Assembly: GCF_000284455.1 (NCBI RefSeq)
Contig: NC_017039.1
Coordinates: 1,080,001 to 1,112,000 of the forward strand
DNA: 32,000 bases
Direction of reading: 5' to 3'
From: Synechocystis sp. PCC 6803 substr. PCC-P
Lineage (GTDB): Bacteria; Cyanobacteriota; Cyanobacteriia; Cyanobacteriales; Microcystaceae
Below, piece by piece: positions 29,875-32,000 of this stretch; position 1 is the first letter of the stretch; each line of letters starts with the position of its first letter. The position numbers were made by a program, and so were the translations under genes. Below the pieces are notes generated by a model. The model was not told the origin of the DNA. It saw only the letters and a list, made by a program, of their open reading frames with translations, and searched no databases.

Positions 29875-31299
29875 TTATGATCGAGTTTCTCTAATGTTAA
29901 GCCCTTTATAGAGACTTTGATGGATATAAACAGAACCTACCGCTGGAAGCAGTAAATCTGCATCTTCACAACGAAACCTAGCAGTTCCGGCATTACCAAG
30001 CCTAACACCAATGATTGATGCATCAAAGAGACGCATCATTAGCTCTCGTGAACTGTATTTTTCGCAGAGACTTTTAGCCTTCTCTTCAAGAAGAGCGAGA
30101 AATTCATCGACGGAATCATAACGATGTTGCGTTTGTCGCAACGATTCGACAAGATCACCGAAGTAAGGGAAAAGACGACGATATTCTTGCTTAAGATCTT
30201 CCACCTTCCAGCTACTGTATCGTTCTTCAGATTCCCTAATAGTATCTTTAGACACTTCTATTGCATCACTAGCTGATCTTTTCTGGCACTCTTGAAGAAA
30301 CTGAATTACTTCTCGTGGCCTCAAGAAAGTGCGTTTTACTATGTAATTAAAAGGTGCAATACCACCACGCATATCTCCCTCCTCAAATATCTCATCAACA
30401 GATATATTATTAGGAAGTCGAGCATTGATCATATCTTTTAAAAGTTCTGGACTCCAAATTATTTCTTCTTCGATTGCTCTATGCTTATCTTTGTCATCAA
30501 ATTGAAGACCTTGATAAATATCTGACCGAAGAAAAGTAATCACATGAATACCTTTTCCTGTAGCCAATGAATATTTATCATTTATTTCTTTAGTTGCTTT
30601 AAGAAGTCCAATCATTAAACTTTTTGATACCTCTGAACCATCCCATGAGTCATCGAGGCGATCTATCGCAACTATAACACCAAGGTCATTACATACGGCA
30701 TTTATCGCGTCGAGGAGCAAATCAATAACTTGAGGCGTTAACATTTGTTGCTGCTTGTCACGTTCGAATCCAATACCAAACCCAAAAGCTTCAAGATTGA
30801 ATGCGTTCAAGCCTTTTAGTAATGTCCTTACAGTATTTGTTGGTGTTGGTGCATTCTCGCCAAAGTTATTTGTAACAAATTTACAGATACGATCTAATGC
30901 CTTCCGAGCATTTTCGTCAAGCCTTTCAGGAGACACGTCTAACAAGACTGCTGAGGCATCAACTGCAATAGTAAATTTCCAAGCATTAGTATGAGCCTGT
31001 TCTAAAAGTAAGCCTTGCTCTTGGTAATCTTTCATTGCCCCCCAAGCATATTGATCTGGTGTCATTAAGCTTACTCGAACACTTTCTTTGTAGCGTTCCG
31101 TAGCCAATCGCAAGAGTTGAGTAAAGATTGCAGACTTTCCAGCTCCCTTTCGACCAAGAAAATGGGCACTACGAAAACGAAGAGATTGGTCTACCTGTGG
31201 TGTACTAATGAAGTAGTCCGCTAACCTCCGGTCAGCTTCTGCATCAACTGTGCCAAAATCTAAATCTTTAATAGTAAGACCTTTATCGGATAATTTCAT
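29875..31299 (-). CDS. Stand-alone P-loop NTPase (STAND/ORC-like AAA; possibly the family named after Synechocystis Sll1717), function unknown
   Basis: Walker A GRKGAGKS (nt 31132-31155), Walker B VIVAIDRLDDSWDG, and a possible sensor motif VITFLRSD. The C-terminal ~200 aa are helical with no recognisable nuclease, protease or TM domain. AT-rich codon usage unlike neighbouring genes. Confidence 0.75.
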   Translation of the reverse strand: MKLSDKGLTIKDLDFGTVDAEADRRLADYFISTPQVDQSLRFRSAHFLGRKGAGKSAIFTQLLRLATERYKESVRVSLMTPDQYAWGAMKDYQEQGLLLEQAHTNAWKFTIAVDASAVLLDVSPERLDENARKALDRICKFVTNNFGENAPTPTNTVRTLLKGLNAFNLEAFGFGIGFERDKQQQMLTPQVIDLLLDAINAVCNDLGVIVAIDRLDDSWDGSEVSKSLMIGLLKATKEINDKYSLATGKGIHVITFLRSDIYQGLQFDDKDKHRAIEEEIIWSPELLKDMINARLPNNISVDEIFEEGDMRGGIAPFNYIVKRTFLRPREVIQFLQECQKRSASDAIEVSKDTIRESEERYSSWKVEDLKQEYRRLFPYFGDLVESLRQTQHRYDSVDEFLALLEEKAKSLCEKYSSRELMMRLFDASIIGVRLGNAGTARFRCEDADLLLPAVGSVYIHQSLYKGLNIRETRS

Positions 31300-31439
31300 A
31301 TTGATTTCACTGAAAAATTGAAGAATTTACTGTCTTTGTAAGTGGTGCCCGCCGCATAACGCCAAGAGTCAGAAGCAGGTCGAAGTCTATGAAAAGACAG
31401 ATCGCGGCTGCTCTCGTCTTCTACATCTTGATATTAGCT

Positions 31440-32000
31440 CTAGTCCGCGGCCCTTGAATAATAAAAGCGATCTTCAATTGGAAGAACCTCACTCCCGTCG
31501 CTGAGCGTCATTTTACGATCAGTGCAGACTCGCATAAAGTGAATGCCAAATAAGGTGAGTGAGACATGAGCCTTAAAGCTCCTATTTCCATCTTGCATAT
31601 ACCATATACTAATCCTTGCTTCTTCATCGACCGGAGTGTCATCGTATTTATGGATTATCAAGAGGCCCAGACGCTCCAAGTTGTTCAGTGCAACGCTTAT
31701 CTGAACTATATTATATTTACGGGAGTCATTAGCATATGTGAATTCATCCGGTTTTGCCATTACTCTTAAGTGCAGAAGATATAGGACGTTCAACAGTTCA
31801 GCATCGACAATATCAACTTGTTTTAAGACTTCTACAAAAGACTTTGTTGAGTTAGTGCGATCAGATTCTGTTAAAGCAGAGGCAAGTAGGTTTGCCCAGA
31901 GGGTTTGCAGGTTTTCATCATCTTCGGAAAGTGCTGCACCCAGAAGTGGAAGACCAATCCGCAGAGGAAGACTAGAGATTTCTGGATTGCCCCGTTCAAT
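31440..32000 (-). CDS. Abi-alpha / DUF4393-like protein (5' end outside the window)
   Basis: The minus-strand frame of the listed 31440..31793 ORF stays open to position 32000 by manual translation: ...IERGNPEISSLPLRIGLPLLGAALSEDDENLQTLWANLLASALTESDRTNSTKSFVEVLKQVDIVDAELLNVLYLLH... The segment LLGAALSEDDENLQTLWANLLASAL matches my memory of the conserved core of the Abi-alpha family. Confidence 0.55.
   Translation of the reverse strand: MERGNPEISSLPLRIGLPLLGAALSEDDENLQTLWANLLASALTESDRTNSTKSFVEVLKQVDIVDAELLNVLYLLHLRVMAKPDEFTYANDSRKYNIVQISVALNNLERLGLLIIHKYDDTPVDEEARISIWYMQDGNRSFKAHVSLTLFGIHFMRVCTDRKMTLSDGSEVLPIEDRFYYSRAAD

Noticed and set aside
29762-29911. 49-codon plus-strand ORF (MKISVRIERMGVLTFLLDSHELHQ...) in the lspA/NTPase spacer
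   Set aside because: It has no RBS, overlaps the 3' end of the NTPase gene, and has no motif. It is most likely a chance ORF, though it lies in the presumed island border.
30755-30994. Plus-strand ORFs antisense to the island genes (30755..30994, 31566..31769)
   Set aside because: They are mirror frames within the better-supported minus-strand CDSs, with no start context or motifs.

Overview
This window looks like chromosomal DNA from a unicellular cyanobacterium, most consistent with Synechocystis sp. PCC 6803 or a very close relative. Supporting signs: about 29 copies of the HIP1 octamer GCGATCGC counted by eye, a 947-bp ISY100/IS630-type insertion sequence, psbZ, and typical cyanobacterial housekeeping genes. 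This taxon call is an inference, not a database result. Positions 1 to about 29700 are ordinary core genome: a partial unknown CDS, a CHAD protein, tRNA(CAU), recJ, a large sensor histidine kinase, a DUF2079-like membrane protein, a PfkB sugar kinase, cytochrome b561, a pentapeptide-repeat protein, a HAD hydrolase, queG, ribH, psbZ, tRNA-Leu(CAA), an M48 peptidase, rpsA, ISY100, recF, an ABC exporter, pyruvate kinase, a MITE-like hairpin repeat cluster, a two-domain PPK2, and bioB-bioY-lspA. The last ~2.3 kb (29708-32000) is different: it is visibly more AT-rich and has no HIP1 site. It carries two same-strand genes with no housekeeping role: an Abi-alpha/DUF4393-like protein, whose frame is open to the window edge, followed by a 474-aa stand-alone P-loop NTPase. 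This is my best candidate for an uncharacterised defence or abortive-infection module, but it is cut by the window end. No CRISPR array, rRNA or prophage was seen.
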